The position numbers and the translations under genes were made by a program. A DNA stretch of 61,879 nucleotides, taken from the IMG/VR virus record IMGVR_UViG_3300047508_000126, positions 1-61,879 of that record; one strand, 5' to 3'. This document shows positions 26,459 to 35,633 of this stretch, one piece after another; positions within the stretch are counted from its first letter, which is position 1; every line of letters starts with the position of its first letter. The stretch comes from a virus (Duplodnaviria > Caudoviricetes). The notes beneath the pieces are model-generated. The model saw only the letters and a program-made list of their open reading frames with translations. It did not search any database and was not told the origin of the DNA.

Positions 26459-27115
26459 ATGAGGCTCGGAGAGTACGGCAGGATCGAACGCGAGATCTCG
26501 GCGGCCGGGAACGGCACCATCTACCACCGCTGGCGCTATGGGCGGCGGATGCTGTGCGACACGGAAGTCACCACGCCGAACGGAAATTTCAGGCACGGTG
26601 TCATCGAGAAGATAGTGCGCGCGAGTGGCGGAAAGCTCACAGAGCGCGAGCTTCGTGCCCGTCGCCAGTGCGGTAAGGCGTATCCAGGGCGGTCTCAAAT
26701 CCGTCAGGCTCTGACGGATTTCGAGACCTGGAATCAGCTCCTGGACGCCAGTTTTCCGCCCTACGACGGCGAGGAAGACGAGCTGCCGCACAACCCGCTC
26801 GACACCGAGGAACTCATCAAGCAGCACGGGACCGAAGAGAGCCGGCGCGACGAAGACAGCCGGTACGAAGAAGGCGGCCTCTACCCGCGCGATGAGTGCG
26901 GGACAGAAGCCATCATCCCGCGCGACACCTACGGCGACAGCACGCCGCTGCATGAGGTCGACAGGTGGGCCGATGAAGAACTCGAACTCGCTGCTCGCCA
27001 CACCGGCCGCGCCGAGAAGCGCCGCCGCTACGTCGACAGCCTCATCAAGGCCGTCAACGGCGACCTGAACGTCACCCTCGGCGAGGCCGAGCGCCGCCTG
27101 CACGGCAATGACTGA
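26459..27115 (+). CDS. hypothetical non-structural protein
   Basis: 218-aa charged ORF with GGGAG RBS and atypical codon usage in the 5' half. Confidence 0.7.
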   Translation: MRLGEYGRIEREISAAGNGTIYHRWRYGRRMLCDTEVTTPNGNFRHGVIEKIVRASGGKLTERELRARRQCGKAYPGRSQIRQALTDFETWNQLLDASFPPYDGEEDELPHNPLDTEELIKQHGTEESRRDEDSRYEEGGLYPRDECGTEAIIPRDTYGDSTPLHEVDRWADEELELAARHTGRAEKRRRYVDSLIKAVNGDLNVTLGEAERRLHGND

Positions 27116-27398
27116 GCGGGGCCTCCAGGCGAGCATCATTGAGATGTGCAGGCTCTTTGGCGTCGCCTGGTATCACACCTTCGACAGCCGCCGGTCCGCT
27201 AGAGGCTGGCCCGACCTGGCCCTATGCGGCAATCGCGGATTCATCACGCGCGAGCTCAAGTCCGACAGCGGGGCCGTGACCGCCGAGCAGGAGAGCTGGG
27301 GAGTCAGGCTCCGGCAAGCGGGCGTCGACTGGGGCGTGTGGCGCCCGGCCGATCTCCGTTCGGGACGGATCGAGAACGAGCTGCGGGCGATCAGATGA
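27108..27398 (+). CDS. VRR-NUC domain nuclease
   Basis: MTE..LQ...YHT.DSRRS..GWPDL...ELK...G.VT.EQ..W...VWRP.D. Confidence 0.88.
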   Translation: MTERGLQASIIEMCRLFGVAWYHTFDSRRSARGWPDLALCGNRGFITRELKSDSGAVTAEQESWGVRLRQAGVDWGVWRPADLRSGRIENELRAIR

Positions 27399-27407
27399 GG
27401 TGCCGCG

Positions 27408-27941
27408 ATGCATGATGCGGCCCTGGAGTGGATCAGGAAGCAGTACGCGCCGGTGCTCCGCAAACGGCTGCAGCTCGGTATCGAGCGGGCGACGGTGCTG
27501 GACATCGGGGGCCGGGACGTGAACGGCTCCCTCAGGAAACTGCTCTTCGACGCGAACGCCTGCACGGTGCTGGACATCCGGCCGGGTGACGGCGTGGACA
27601 TCGTGGCTGACGCCGCCACCTGGGACCCGGCCGGGCAGCAGTGGGATCTGATCATCGCGGCCGAGACGTTCGAGCACACCGCGAACTGGCGGGCGATCTG
27701 CCGCACCGCGTACGCGGCATGCGCCCCGGGCGGCCGGCTCATCGTCACCACGGCCGCGCCAGGCCGCCCGCCGCATTCGGCGGTGGACGGGGAGTTCCGG
27801 CTGCTGCCCGGCGAGCATTACGCCAACATCCGCCCCGCCGAACTTGAGCGGGTGCTGACGGCTGCGGGCTGGGCGGATGTGGTGATCGACGTCCAGCCCG
27901 CCCCGGCAGACGTCCGCGCCACCGCAGTGAAGGAGCCCTAG
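27408..27941 (+). CDS. class I SAM-dependent methyltransferase
   Basis: VLDIGGRDVNGS, GVDIVADA, ETFEH, PGGRLIVT. Confidence 0.88.
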   Translation: MHDAALEWIRKQYAPVLRKRLQLGIERATVLDIGGRDVNGSLRKLLFDANACTVLDIRPGDGVDIVADAATWDPAGQQWDLIIAAETFEHTANWRAICRTAYAACAPGGRLIVTTAAPGRPPHSAVDGEFRLLPGEHYANIRPAELERVLTAAGWADVVIDVQPAPADVRATAVKEP

Positions 27942-28142
27942 ATGCATCTGCTCGGCACCGCGAAGCTCGTGCTGCCCGAATGGGAACCCGACCAGGGATG
28001 GCGGGTCCTCGACCCCGACGGGCACCTGGTCGACGCGGGCGGCCGGACGATCATCCGGGTGGAGCTCTCGTTCACGCATGAGTTCACGGATGAGTTCGGC
28101 GTGGACGGTAACCGGGTGCCGCTGCTGCGGCAGGTGTCCTGA
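27942..28142 (+). CDS. small hypothetical protein (GWRVLDPDGH motif)
   Basis: AAGGAG RBS; motif shared with the next gene. Confidence 0.55.
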   Translation: MHLLGTAKLVLPEWEPDQGWRVLDPDGHLVDAGGRTIIRVELSFTHEFTDEFGVDGNRVPLLRQVS

Positions 28143-28274
28143 ATGACTGAGGGGCTGGCGTTCGAGCCGGAAGACGAGACGGAAGGCTGGCGGGTTCTCG
28201 ACCCGGACGGCCACGTGGTCGCGTCCGGCGGGCAGACGGTGACGGAAGCGTCCGCGGACGCAGGGCAGGAGTAA
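28143..28274 (+). CDS. small hypothetical protein (GWRVLDPDGH motif)
   Basis: MTEGLAFEPEDETEGWRVLDPDGHVVASGG... Confidence 0.55.
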   Translation: MTEGLAFEPEDETEGWRVLDPDGHVVASGGQTVTEASADAGQE

Positions 28275-28277
28275 TAA

Positions 28278-28721
28278 ATGGCAGCCATCGACAACACCCT
28301 GATCGCGACCCTGCTGAACTACCTGACGCCGACCGGGGTGGCGGGCGTCAACGGGACCGCGATCGGCACCCCGCTGGGCACCACCGCGATGAAACTCCGG
28401 CTCAACACGACGCTGAGCACGGGTGCGGCGTTCGGCACCGAGATCGCCAACGGCACCGGGTACGCGGCGGGCGGGTTCACGTCGCTGGGACAGTCCACCT
28501 CGACTGGCACCCCGATCGTGGTGGGCGTGCCGCTCACCACCCAGTCAGCGACGGCCACGTCCGCCTGGTCGATCGCGTCGTTCGACCTGACCGGCAACGC
28601 GGCCCAGCGGGGGTTCTGGGGGCCGTTCAACGCCCAGCCCGTCGTCGTGGGAATCGGGAACACGTTCCAGATCACGGGCGGCGCGGCTGCGGCCGCGGGC
28701 ATCCAGATCTCCCTGACGTGA
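28278..28721 (+). CDS. putative virion structural protein
   Basis: Thr/Gly-rich; KLRL...GTEI...GY.AGG shared with 45475..45924. Confidence 0.7.
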   Translation: MAAIDNTLIATLLNYLTPTGVAGVNGTAIGTPLGTTAMKLRLNTTLSTGAAFGTEIANGTGYAAGGFTSLGQSTSTGTPIVVGVPLTTQSATATSAWSIASFDLTGNAAQRGFWGPFNAQPVVVGIGNTFQITGGAAAAAGIQISLT

Positions 28722-28730
28722 GGTGACAGC

Positions 28731-29315
28731 ATGCCGGCAACGTTCTGGTCCGCCCCGACGCAGGAGGGCAACCCGGCGCCGTTCGTCCAGTCCACCATCA
28801 CTGCTGCGGTGCTGGACGTCTCCCCCGGCCAGTACCTGATCCCGGCGGGGATGCTGGACGTGGGCACCCGGCTGCGGATCTCCGCGTGGGGCCAGTACAT
28901 CGCCACCACCACCGCCTCCACGATCACGTGGGGGTTCTACATGGGCAACGTCGGCGGGACGATCCTGGCGACCCCGGTAACGCTGACCCTCGGCCCGGCT
29001 ATCACCTGCGTGGCCACAACGATGCCGTGGGAACTGGAGTACAAGGGCACCATCTCGGCGGCGTCGGTGGCCGCGAACGCGACCACCGGGCAGGTCATCG
29101 GCCGGGGCCGGTTCTTCTGCCCTGTGACCAGCTGGGTGACGGGAGGGAACTGGGTGATCACCCCGCAGTCGGCCGCTAACCAGACCGTCCAGCAGACCAC
29201 CGGCGGGATGAACACCGCCACCACGCAGAACATCTTCGTCGGCGCCACGGTCACCACCGCCACCGGCCTGACGTCCATCACCACGAATGAGCTGACCTGC
29301 GAGATCCTCGGCTGA
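28731..29315 (+). CDS. putative virion structural protein
   Basis: Thr-rich beta-type composition; GAGG RBS. Confidence 0.7.
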   Translation: MPATFWSAPTQEGNPAPFVQSTITAAVLDVSPGQYLIPAGMLDVGTRLRISAWGQYIATTTASTITWGFYMGNVGGTILATPVTLTLGPAITCVATTMPWELEYKGTISAASVAANATTGQVIGRGRFFCPVTSWVTGGNWVITPQSAANQTVQQTTGGMNTATTQNIFVGATVTTATGLTSITTNELTCEILG

Positions 29316-29327
29316 CAGGAGTTTTAC

Positions 29328-29702
29328 GTGGCCACGACCCTGACTATCCCGCTGCTCACTCTCCCGGTGGGGTCGCGGACATTCGGGCCGCACACCGCCG
29401 CCGACGCCGAGACGAAGATCACCCTCTCGATTGACCGGACCGTGACCGGGGGGCTGAACTCGCTCACCGCCGCGTCCGCGATCGAGGTGGATGTGCAGCA
29501 GTCCGCCGATGGCGGCGCGACCTGGCAGGACCTGGGTGCCTGGACATCAGTCGGCGGTATCTACATCGACCGTCACGGCATCACAGGCGCCGTGTCGCTG
29601 GGTATCTGGCCGCTGTTCCCGGGGACATCCCGGAAGCTGCAGGCCACGGTCACAGTCGCCGGCACTCCGATCGCTGTGGCGGGGAGCCTCGTCACGCAGT
29701 AA
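29328..29702 (+). CDS. putative virion structural protein
   Basis: QQSADGGATWQD Asp-box-like motif; AGGAG RBS. Confidence 0.65.
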   Translation: MATTLTIPLLTLPVGSRTFGPHTAADAETKITLSIDRTVTGGLNSLTAASAIEVDVQQSADGGATWQDLGAWTSVGGIYIDRHGITGAVSLGIWPLFPGTSRKLQATVTVAGTPIAVAGSLVTQ

Positions 29703-29714
29703 CGGGGTGAGCGC

Positions 29715-31871
29715 GTGGCCGTCGCCTTCGACGCGGTAGGCCCGGTTGGCGGCGGCGGCACGTTCTCCACCGTTGTCACGTCCATTACCTGGACGCACAC
29801 GAACGTCGCGTCCGGGGTCGCGGTGGCCGCCGGGGTCGCCTACAGCGGGGCCGGGACCGTCTCGCTGACCATCGGCGGGTCGGCGGCGACGCTGCTGTCC
29901 GGCACGGTAAATAACGCCCAGCTGTTCGGGCGGGCTAACGTCGGGTCCGGGGCGCAGACCGTCGTCTACACGGCCTCGTCCCTCGGCGACATGATCGGCG
30001 GGTCGGTTTCCTACACGGGGGCCGGGGCTACGGTGGGGGCGGCGTTCGGGACCCCCGCGACGCCCACGACCGGGAACAGCACCGCCCCGGCGATCACCCT
30101 GGCCGGCACGACCGCCGGGAACATGGTGACCGGGGCGTGCGCGTGCGGCAGCGGCGTCCTGACGAACCCGGCGACGAGCCGGTGGGTTGACAACGCGTCT
30201 ACCGGGTCGGGGATCGGCAACGCGGGGCAGGCGGATAAGGCCGCTGGCGGGTCGGTTACGTTCACCTGGGCGCAGTCGTCCGGTGATATCTGGGCGTGCG
30301 CCGCGGTTGAGGTGCTGGCCGGTGCCGCTGCGGCTGCGGCTGCCGTGACCGCTGCCCCGCGGTACGCTCCCGGCTGGCATCCGGGCTGGCGGCTGCCGGG
30401 CCTGCCAGGCGGGACGCCGTTCTGGACGCCGCCCTCCAGCGCCGCCGCCGGCGCGGTCACCTTCACCGGCACCGCCTCGGCCGCCGGCGCGGCCGCTGTC
30501 ACGGCGGTTGTCACGCAGGACGCTGGCATATTGACGTCCGCGGCGGGTGCGGGCGCGGCTACCGCCGCGGGAACGCAGATCGCGGCGGCTACGGCGGCTG
30601 GTGCGGGGTCGGTCACGGCGAAGGCCGTCCAGATCGCCCCGGCCGCCGCGGCTGGCGCTGGCACGGTAGCCGCAGTCCCTGTTACCCAGATCGCTGTCGC
30701 ATCGGCCGCCGGCGCCGGGTCGGCCGCTACGGTCGTCACCCAGATCGCCCCGGGCGCCGCGGCTGGCGCGGGGTCTGTTACGGCGGCCGTCACGCAGATC
30801 GCCCCGGCTACGGCGGCCGGGGCGGGTGCCGTCACTGATGTCGTCACGCAGATCGCTACGGCGTCCGCTGCTGCCGCGGGCGCGTGCACGGCGGCGGGGT
30901 CGGTGTCGGGCGCGTCTACCGCCTCAGTCGCCGGCGCGGGGTCTGTCACCGCGGTTGTCACGCAGATCGCCCCCGCGACCGGGGCTGGCGCGGGTGCTGT
31001 CACTACGGCTGTCACCCAGGCCGCGACGGCAGCCGCGGCGGGTGCCGGGACGGCCGGTCCCGCCCCTGTCACGCAGATCGTCCCCGCGACCGCCGCGGGT
31101 GCCGGCGCTGTCACGACAGCCGTCACCCAGGCTGTCATCGCGTCCGCCGCCGGGGCAGGGTCTGTCACGGCCAAGGCCGTCCAGATCGCCGGTGCCGCCG
31201 CCGCCGGCGCCGGGCTGGCGGGGCCGTCACCTGCCACCCAGATCGCCCCCGCGACGTCGGCTGGCGCCGGGGCCGTCACTGATGTCGTCACCCAGATCGC
31301 TGTCGCGTCAGCAGCGGCCGCCGGGTCGGTCACCGCTGCGGGCAGCGTCACCGGCGCCGGCGCCACCGCGTCCGCCGCCGGGGCCGGGGCCACCTCAGCC
31401 GTCGTCACGCAGATCGCCCCGGCTACGGCGGCCGGGGCGGGTGCCGTCACCGCTGCCGCGACCCAGATCGCCGGGGCTACGGCGGCTGGCGCGGGGTCGG
31501 TCACGGCGGCCGGGCAGATCACCGGCACCGCGAGCGTGGCCGGGGCGGGCGCGGCCACCGCCAAGGCCGCCCAGGCTGCCCCAGCCTCGGCGGCTGGCGC
31601 CGGGGTCCTGTCCGCCCTGGCCACCCAGCGGGCTATCGCCGTCCTCACCGCCGCCGGGTCGGTCACCGCCGCTGCGACCAGCACGGCACCCATCACGTAC
31701 GGGACCGCCCGGCAAGCCGTCATGACCATCCCCGCCGCGACCGCCGGGCAGTCTGCCCTCGCGCACGCCGGGTCCGGGACCGCCAGCCTGGCCACCCCGG
31801 CCGCCAGGTCCGGGCAGACCACCAGCCCGCACGCCCAGGACGGGCAGATGCCGCAGCCCCGCGCACAGTAA
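29715..31871 (+). CDS. repetitive Ala/Gly/Thr fibre-like virion protein
   Basis: globular N-terminal domain then ~20 imperfect TQIA..AAGAG.VTA repeats. Confidence 0.75.
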   Translation: MAVAFDAVGPVGGGGTFSTVVTSITWTHTNVASGVAVAAGVAYSGAGTVSLTIGGSAATLLSGTVNNAQLFGRANVGSGAQTVVYTASSLGDMIGGSVSYTGAGATVGAAFGTPATPTTGNSTAPAITLAGTTAGNMVTGACACGSGVLTNPATSRWVDNASTGSGIGNAGQADKAAGGSVTFTWAQSSGDIWACAAVEVLAGAAAAAAAVTAAPRYAPGWHPGWRLPGLPGGTPFWTPPSSAAAGAVTFTGTASAAGAAAVTAVVTQDAGILTSAAGAGAATAAGTQIAAATAAGAGSVTAKAVQIAPAAAAGAGTVAAVPVTQIAVASAAGAGSAATVVTQIAPGAAAGAGSVTAAVTQIAPATAAGAGAVTDVVTQIATASAAAAGACTAAGSVSGASTASVAGAGSVTAVVTQIAPATGAGAGAVTTAVTQAATAAAAGAGTAGPAPVTQIVPATAAGAGAVTTAVTQAVIASAAGAGSVTAKAVQIAGAAAAGAGLAGPSPATQIAPATSAGAGAVTDVVTQIAVASAAAAGSVTAAGSVTGAGATASAAGAGATSAVVTQIAPATAAGAGAVTAAATQIAGATAAGAGSVTAAGQITGTASVAGAGAATAKAAQAAPASAAGAGVLSALATQRAIAVLTAAGSVTAAATSTAPITYGTARQAVMTIPAATAGQSALAHAGSGTASLATPAARSGQTTSPHAQDGQMPQPRAQ

Positions 31872-31883
31872 GGGAGGACCGCC

Positions 31884-32021
31884 GTGAAGACCGCCACATG
31901 CCGGTGCGGCCACGGCCGGTCCGTGCATGCCCACTACCGGGCCGGTGACGACTGCGGACTGTGTGACTGCCGCCGCTGGCGCCGCCGGATCCGGTCACTC
32001 TGGCCCTGGAACGGGGGGTAA
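31884..32021 (+). CDS. small Cys/His protein
   Basis: GGGAGG RBS; CRCGH...HAHYR...CGLCDC. Confidence 0.55.
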   Translation: MKTATCRCGHGRSVHAHYRAGDDCGLCDCRRWRRRIRSLWPWNGG

Positions 32022-32024
32022 GCC

Positions 32025-32870
32025 ATGATCAGCGCCGGCGGGATGTACCAGATTGCCTTTGACGTTCTCGACGCTTCGGGCGTCCTCACCCACGCCGCCA
32101 CGGTCACCCTCACGATCACCCTGCCCGACGGGACCACCGCCACCCCCGTCATCACCGACACGGTAACCGGGCAGTACCGGCTCACCTACCAGACGACCAT
32201 CCCCGGCCGGTACACCGCCCACGCCGTCACCACCTCGCCGGTCACGTCCTGGGACGATGAGTGGGACGCCGCCGCGACGCCGTGGCCCGCGATGGTCAGC
32301 CTCACCGACGCGAAGAACCACCTGAACCTGCCCCTGTCCGTCCACACCTACGACGACGAACTCCGCGACTACATCGCCGGCGTCACCGGCGCCGTCGAAG
32401 AGTACAAGCACGAGACGATCGTCCGCCGCACCGTCACCGACGAACTCGACCTGTGGAACCAGGCCGGCTACGGGTACGGCTACGGGTACGGGCAGCGGCG
32501 GCAGCAGAAGTTCTGGCTCCGCCGCGCCCCGGTGATCTCCCTGACCTCCGTCATCTCCTGGGACGGCGCCGTCACCTGGGACGTCACCCAGATGCGGGTG
32601 TCCCCGTCGGGGCTGGTCAAGGTCATGGGCGGCCTCCCCGTCAGCGGCCTCACCGACATCACCTATGTTGCCGGGCTGACCGTGATCCCGGCCCGGTACA
32701 AGATCGGCGCCCTCGTCGTGCTGGCTCACGTGTGGGAGACCCAGCGGGGGCAGGGCGGCGTCATGTCCGGGGTCACCGGCCCCGAGGAATTCCGGCAGCC
32801 CCGCGAGTTTTATACGATTCCCGGCAAGGCGAAGGAATACCTCGGGCCGCCGCTGGTGATGATGGCGTGA
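32025..32870 (+). CDS. head-tail adaptor with N-terminal Ig-like extension
   Basis: VSLTDAKNHLN...DDELRDYI, PVISLTSV, ITYVAG, HVWETQRG. Confidence 0.8.
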   Translation: MISAGGMYQIAFDVLDASGVLTHAATVTLTITLPDGTTATPVITDTVTGQYRLTYQTTIPGRYTAHAVTTSPVTSWDDEWDAAATPWPAMVSLTDAKNHLNLPLSVHTYDDELRDYIAGVTGAVEEYKHETIVRRTVTDELDLWNQAGYGYGYGYGQRRQQKFWLRRAPVISLTSVISWDGAVTWDVTQMRVSPSGLVKVMGGLPVSGLTDITYVAGLTVIPARYKIGALVVLAHVWETQRGQGGVMSGVTGPEEFRQPREFYTIPGKAKEYLGPPLVMMA

Positions 32871-33334
32871 CCTATTACTCGTCGGTTCCCGCCGCGATGG
32901 CCGGCCTGGTGGCCGCGTTCAGGACGTCGACGGGGCTGGGTCTCGCCGGGGTGGTGGTCCGCGACGGCCCCGTGGTCACCGCCGACCCCGCCCTGGAAGC
33001 CGTCGCCGTCGGGTACGCCGGCGACCCGAACCAGGATGTCGTGACCGGCACTGCATCCCCGGAGGGCATGGGCGGGGGGCAGGACCGGGAACGGTACGCG
33101 GTCACCTGCACCATTGAGGTTCTCGACCCGGGCGGTGACATCGTGGCGGCGCGGGTGCGGGCGTACCAGCTCCATGCGGCGTGCGGCGCGGCGGTCGGGA
33201 CGGACCGGAAGCTGGGCGGCGCGGTGCTGCAGGCGTCGATCGGGATCGGGTCGCTGCGGCAGCAGCAGACACCAGGCGGCGCCCTGGCCCGGGTCTCGTT
33301 CCCCGTTAATTGCGAGGCGTACACCGTCCGCTGA
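32867..33334 (+). CDS. tail terminator/neck protein
   Basis: SSVPAA..LV...V.DGP...VAVG...D..LGG.V pattern; GTGA overlap. Confidence 0.7.
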   Translation: MTYYSSVPAAMAGLVAAFRTSTGLGLAGVVVRDGPVVTADPALEAVAVGYAGDPNQDVVTGTASPEGMGGGQDRERYAVTCTIEVLDPGGDIVAARVRAYQLHAACGAAVGTDRKLGGAVLQASIGIGSLRQQQTPGGALARVSFPVNCEAYTVR

Positions 33335-33338
33335 CCTG

Positions 33339-33653
33339 TCATCCGTCAGCGACGACGTACCGGTCGCCCTTGCTGTCGATGCCGGTGAACTGGCTGGCCG
33401 CGGCTATCCACTTGTCCCGCAGGGCATCGGTGCGGAACGTCGCGATGTCCACCGTCTTCCCGTGCAGGGTGGCGGTCACCTCGTCGTAGGCGTACAGCGT
33501 CGGGTCCATGGCCTGCACGTCAGTGGCACCGAGCTGGTCGGCGATCACCGATGCGGCCGGCGGCGCGGCGGCCGTGCTGGTCGCGGCTGATCCGCCGCAT
33601 CCGGCGAGGGCGAGCACGGCGATGGCTAGCGCGGCGATCCTGGTCCTGTTCAC
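33339..33653 (-). CDS. lipoprotein (moron, possible superinfection exclusion)
   Basis: basic N-terminus, hydrophobic stretch, lipobox LAGC. Confidence 0.75.
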   Translation of the reverse strand: MNRTRIAALAIAVLALAGCGGSAATSTAAAPPAASVIADQLGATDVQAMDPTLYAYDEVTATLHGKTVDIATFRTDALRDKWIAAASQFTGIDSKGDRYVVADG

Positions 33654-33835
33654 GGCTTCTGCTTCCCGTTCTCCCGGATCGGCTCGAACTCCGCGCAGAT
33701 GGCCCTGGCCGCCTGATGGTAGACCGTCGGCACGAGCTTGATGTAGGCCGCGTTCCAGCCGTCGCCGTGGATGCTGTCCCATTCGGCGAATGACTTCTCG
33801 ATCAGGAACGCGATGCGTTTCCCGGCCTCTGTCAT
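33650..33835 (-). CDS. small hypothetical protein (moron)
   Basis: MTEAGKRIAFLIEKSF...; overlapping junctions. Confidence 0.55.
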   Translation of the reverse strand: MTEAGKRIAFLIEKSFAEWDSIHGDGWNAAYIKLVPTVYHQAARAICAEFEPIRENGKQKP

Positions 33836-33996
33836 GGCTTCTCTTCCTGCTCTTTTTCCATGATCGCGATGGCCGCGTTGATGGCGGCGACGGCGATCTG
33901 ATTCATGGGCGTATGGGCCTCGAAGGCGAGGCGGCGCAGCTTCTCGTATGTCGGTCCTGGTAGCCGGATGGTCATCGGCTGCACGTCTCCTGTCAT
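33832..33996 (-). CDS. ribbon-helix-helix protein (moron)
   Basis: MTIRLPGPTYEKLRRLAFEAHTPMNQIAVAAI; ATG 6 nt after a TAGCGT -10 box. Confidence 0.7.
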   Translation of the reverse strand: MTGDVQPMTIRLPGPTYEKLRRLAFEAHTPMNQIAVAAINAAIAIMEKEQEEKP

Positions 33997-34033
33997 GCCA
34001 CCACGCTACCACGCAACCGGAGGTACCTAAACC

Positions 34034-34387
34034 ATGGCGGCAACCGCTTTCACGGTGCAGGTCGCACCGCACGCAGGATTGAACCCGGTAACCCAGACAG
34101 CCGGGCTCGCCACGTTCACCCACACCGCGCCCTGCGGCGCCGGCATCGGCCTCATGCTCATCAACGGCGCCGCGTCCACCGTCGCGATCACGCTCCACGT
34201 CCCGGCCGCCACCACGTTCGACGGGCTGGTCATCCCCAACCGGACGGTGACGCTCCCGGCGACCATCGGCGCCATCACCATCATCCCGCTGCCCGCCGTC
34301 ACCTACGGCGACCCCGTAACCGGGCTCTGCACGTTCGACGTCGCAGCGGGCACCGTCAGCGGCGCCGTCGTCTTCATCAGCAGCTAG
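34034..34387 (+). CDS. putative virion structural protein
   Basis: GGAGG RBS; beta-rich, Thr/Val/Ala composition. Confidence 0.65.
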   Translation: MAATAFTVQVAPHAGLNPVTQTAGLATFTHTAPCGAGIGLMLINGAASTVAITLHVPAATTFDGLVIPNRTVTLPATIGAITIIPLPAVTYGDPVTGLCTFDVAAGTVSGAVVFISS

Positions 34388-34401
34388 AAGGGGAGCCTCC
34401 A

Positions 34402-34608
34402 GTGAGCGAGCCCGCAGTGAGCGAATGGGTGCAGGTCATCCACCCGGAAACCGGCGGCACCGCCGAGGTGAACCGGTCATCCCTCACCCAGCTTTACGCG
34501 TCGGGGTGGCGGCTGCTCGCCCCGGACGAGATACCGGACCCGGAACCGCCGCCGGTGCCGCCGCCGATGACCAGGGCCGAGGCCACCGACCCCGAAACGG
34601 AGAACTGA
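34402..34608 (+). CDS. small tail-region protein
   Basis: V..IHPETGG...SGW motif upstream of the major tail gene. Confidence 0.6.
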   Translation: MSEPAVSEWVQVIHPETGGTAEVNRSSLTQLYASGWRLLAPDEIPDPEPPPVPPPMTRAEATDPETEN

Positions 34609-34609
34609 C

Positions 34610-35089
34610 ATGCCCCCGTCGCCATTGACGCCCACCGTCCGGTACGTCCCCCTCGGCACCCGGAAGGTCTACTGGATCACCACGATCGCCACCTACACGT
34701 CGCCGTCCCGCGGTGAGCTGAACGCCGGGATCGACCTCACCCCGGAGCTGGCGGAGATGAACGGGTTCTCCGTCACCTCCGCGAGCGTGGACACCCCGGA
34801 CCTGTCCAGCAGGTTCACGTCCAAGATCCCCGGGCCGATCACCGCGGACAACTCGTCGATCACCTGCTGGGCGTCCTCGACGTCCAACGACGTGCGGACG
34901 GTGCTGCCCCGTGACACGTCCGGGTTCGTCGTGATCTTGCCGGAGGGTGATGTCACGTCACAGAAGATGGACGTCTACCCGGCGAAGGTCGCCTCGACGG
35001 CGGTTGACACCACCATCGGGGACCCGTCGAAGGTGCTGGTCACGTTCACGATCACCAAGGTTCCGGCGCTGAACGTGGCGATCCCGTAG
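34610..35089 (+). CDS. major tail (tube) protein
   Basis: PSR.ELNAG.DL...GF...TPDL.SRF..KIPG pattern of actinophage tube proteins; precedes the chaperones. Confidence 0.85.
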   Translation: MPPSPLTPTVRYVPLGTRKVYWITTIATYTSPSRGELNAGIDLTPELAEMNGFSVTSASVDTPDLSSRFTSKIPGPITADNSSITCWASSTSNDVRTVLPRDTSGFVVILPEGDVTSQKMDVYPAKVASTAVDTTIGDPSKVLVTFTITKVPALNVAIP

Positions 35090-35466
35090 TGGGGTCATAT
35101 CTCGGGCGGGACGCGATCCTGAAGGCCGCCGCCCTCAAGACCGAGGACGTGCCGGTCCCCGAATGGGGCGGGTCGGTCCTCGTCCGGGAGCTCCGCGGGC
35201 GCGAACGGGACGAGTGGGAAGCCAGCCTGGCGGTGCAGCGGGGCCGTCAGATGGTCCCCGACGTCGCGAACATGCGCGCCAAGCTCGCCGCCCGCACCAT
35301 CGTCGACGCCGACGGCGAGCCGCTGTTCACCCAGCAGGACGTCGCCGCCCTCGGCGAATTGTCCGCCGCCGCGCTCGACCGCGTGTTCGAGGTCGCGTCC
35401 CGGCTGTCCGGGCTTAACCCGGCCGACGTGGAAGAGATGGGAAAAGCCTCCGCTCCAACCCCGTGA
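35089..35466 (+). CDS. tail assembly chaperone G
   Basis: V.VPEWGG.V.VREL.G.ERD..E...RLSG; GGGAAAA slippery site at its 3' end. Confidence 0.88.
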   Translation: MGSYLGRDAILKAAALKTEDVPVPEWGGSVLVRELRGRERDEWEASLAVQRGRQMVPDVANMRAKLAARTIVDADGEPLFTQQDVAALGELSAAALDRVFEVASRLSGLNPADVEEMGKASAPTP

Positions 35467-35633
35467 GGCGGTTCTGCTTCGGGCTGGCGTCCGAGCTGGG
35501 CTGCACCGTCGCCGAGCTCCTGGACCGCATCTCATCGGCGGAGCTGACCGAGTGGATGGCGTGGTACCGGGTGGAGGACGAGGACCGGGCTGAGGCGGAG
35601 AAACGCGAGCAGGGAAGGCGGCGGGATGGCTGA
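35439..35633 (+). CDS. -1 frameshift extension of the tail assembly chaperone (GT)
   Basis: GGGAAAA at 35439-35445; the -1 frame reads SLRSNPVRRFCFGLASELGCTVAELLDRISSAELTEWMAWYRVE to TGA 35633. Confidence 0.85.
   Translation, partial: GKSLRSNPVRRFCFGLASELGCTVAELLDRISSAELTEWMAWYRVEDEDRAEAEKREQGRRRDG

Noticed and set aside
30480-31680. Regular DNA repeats as a CRISPR array or DGR template/variable pair
   Set aside because: They are degenerate in-frame protein repeats with no unique spacers; no cas or reverse transcriptase gene is present.
30011-31897. Long antisense ORFs (also 24707..26398, 36675..38742, 42827..44851, 58427..60532)
   Set aside because: Shadows of real genes on the opposite strand; high GC makes stop codons rare and they carry no motifs.
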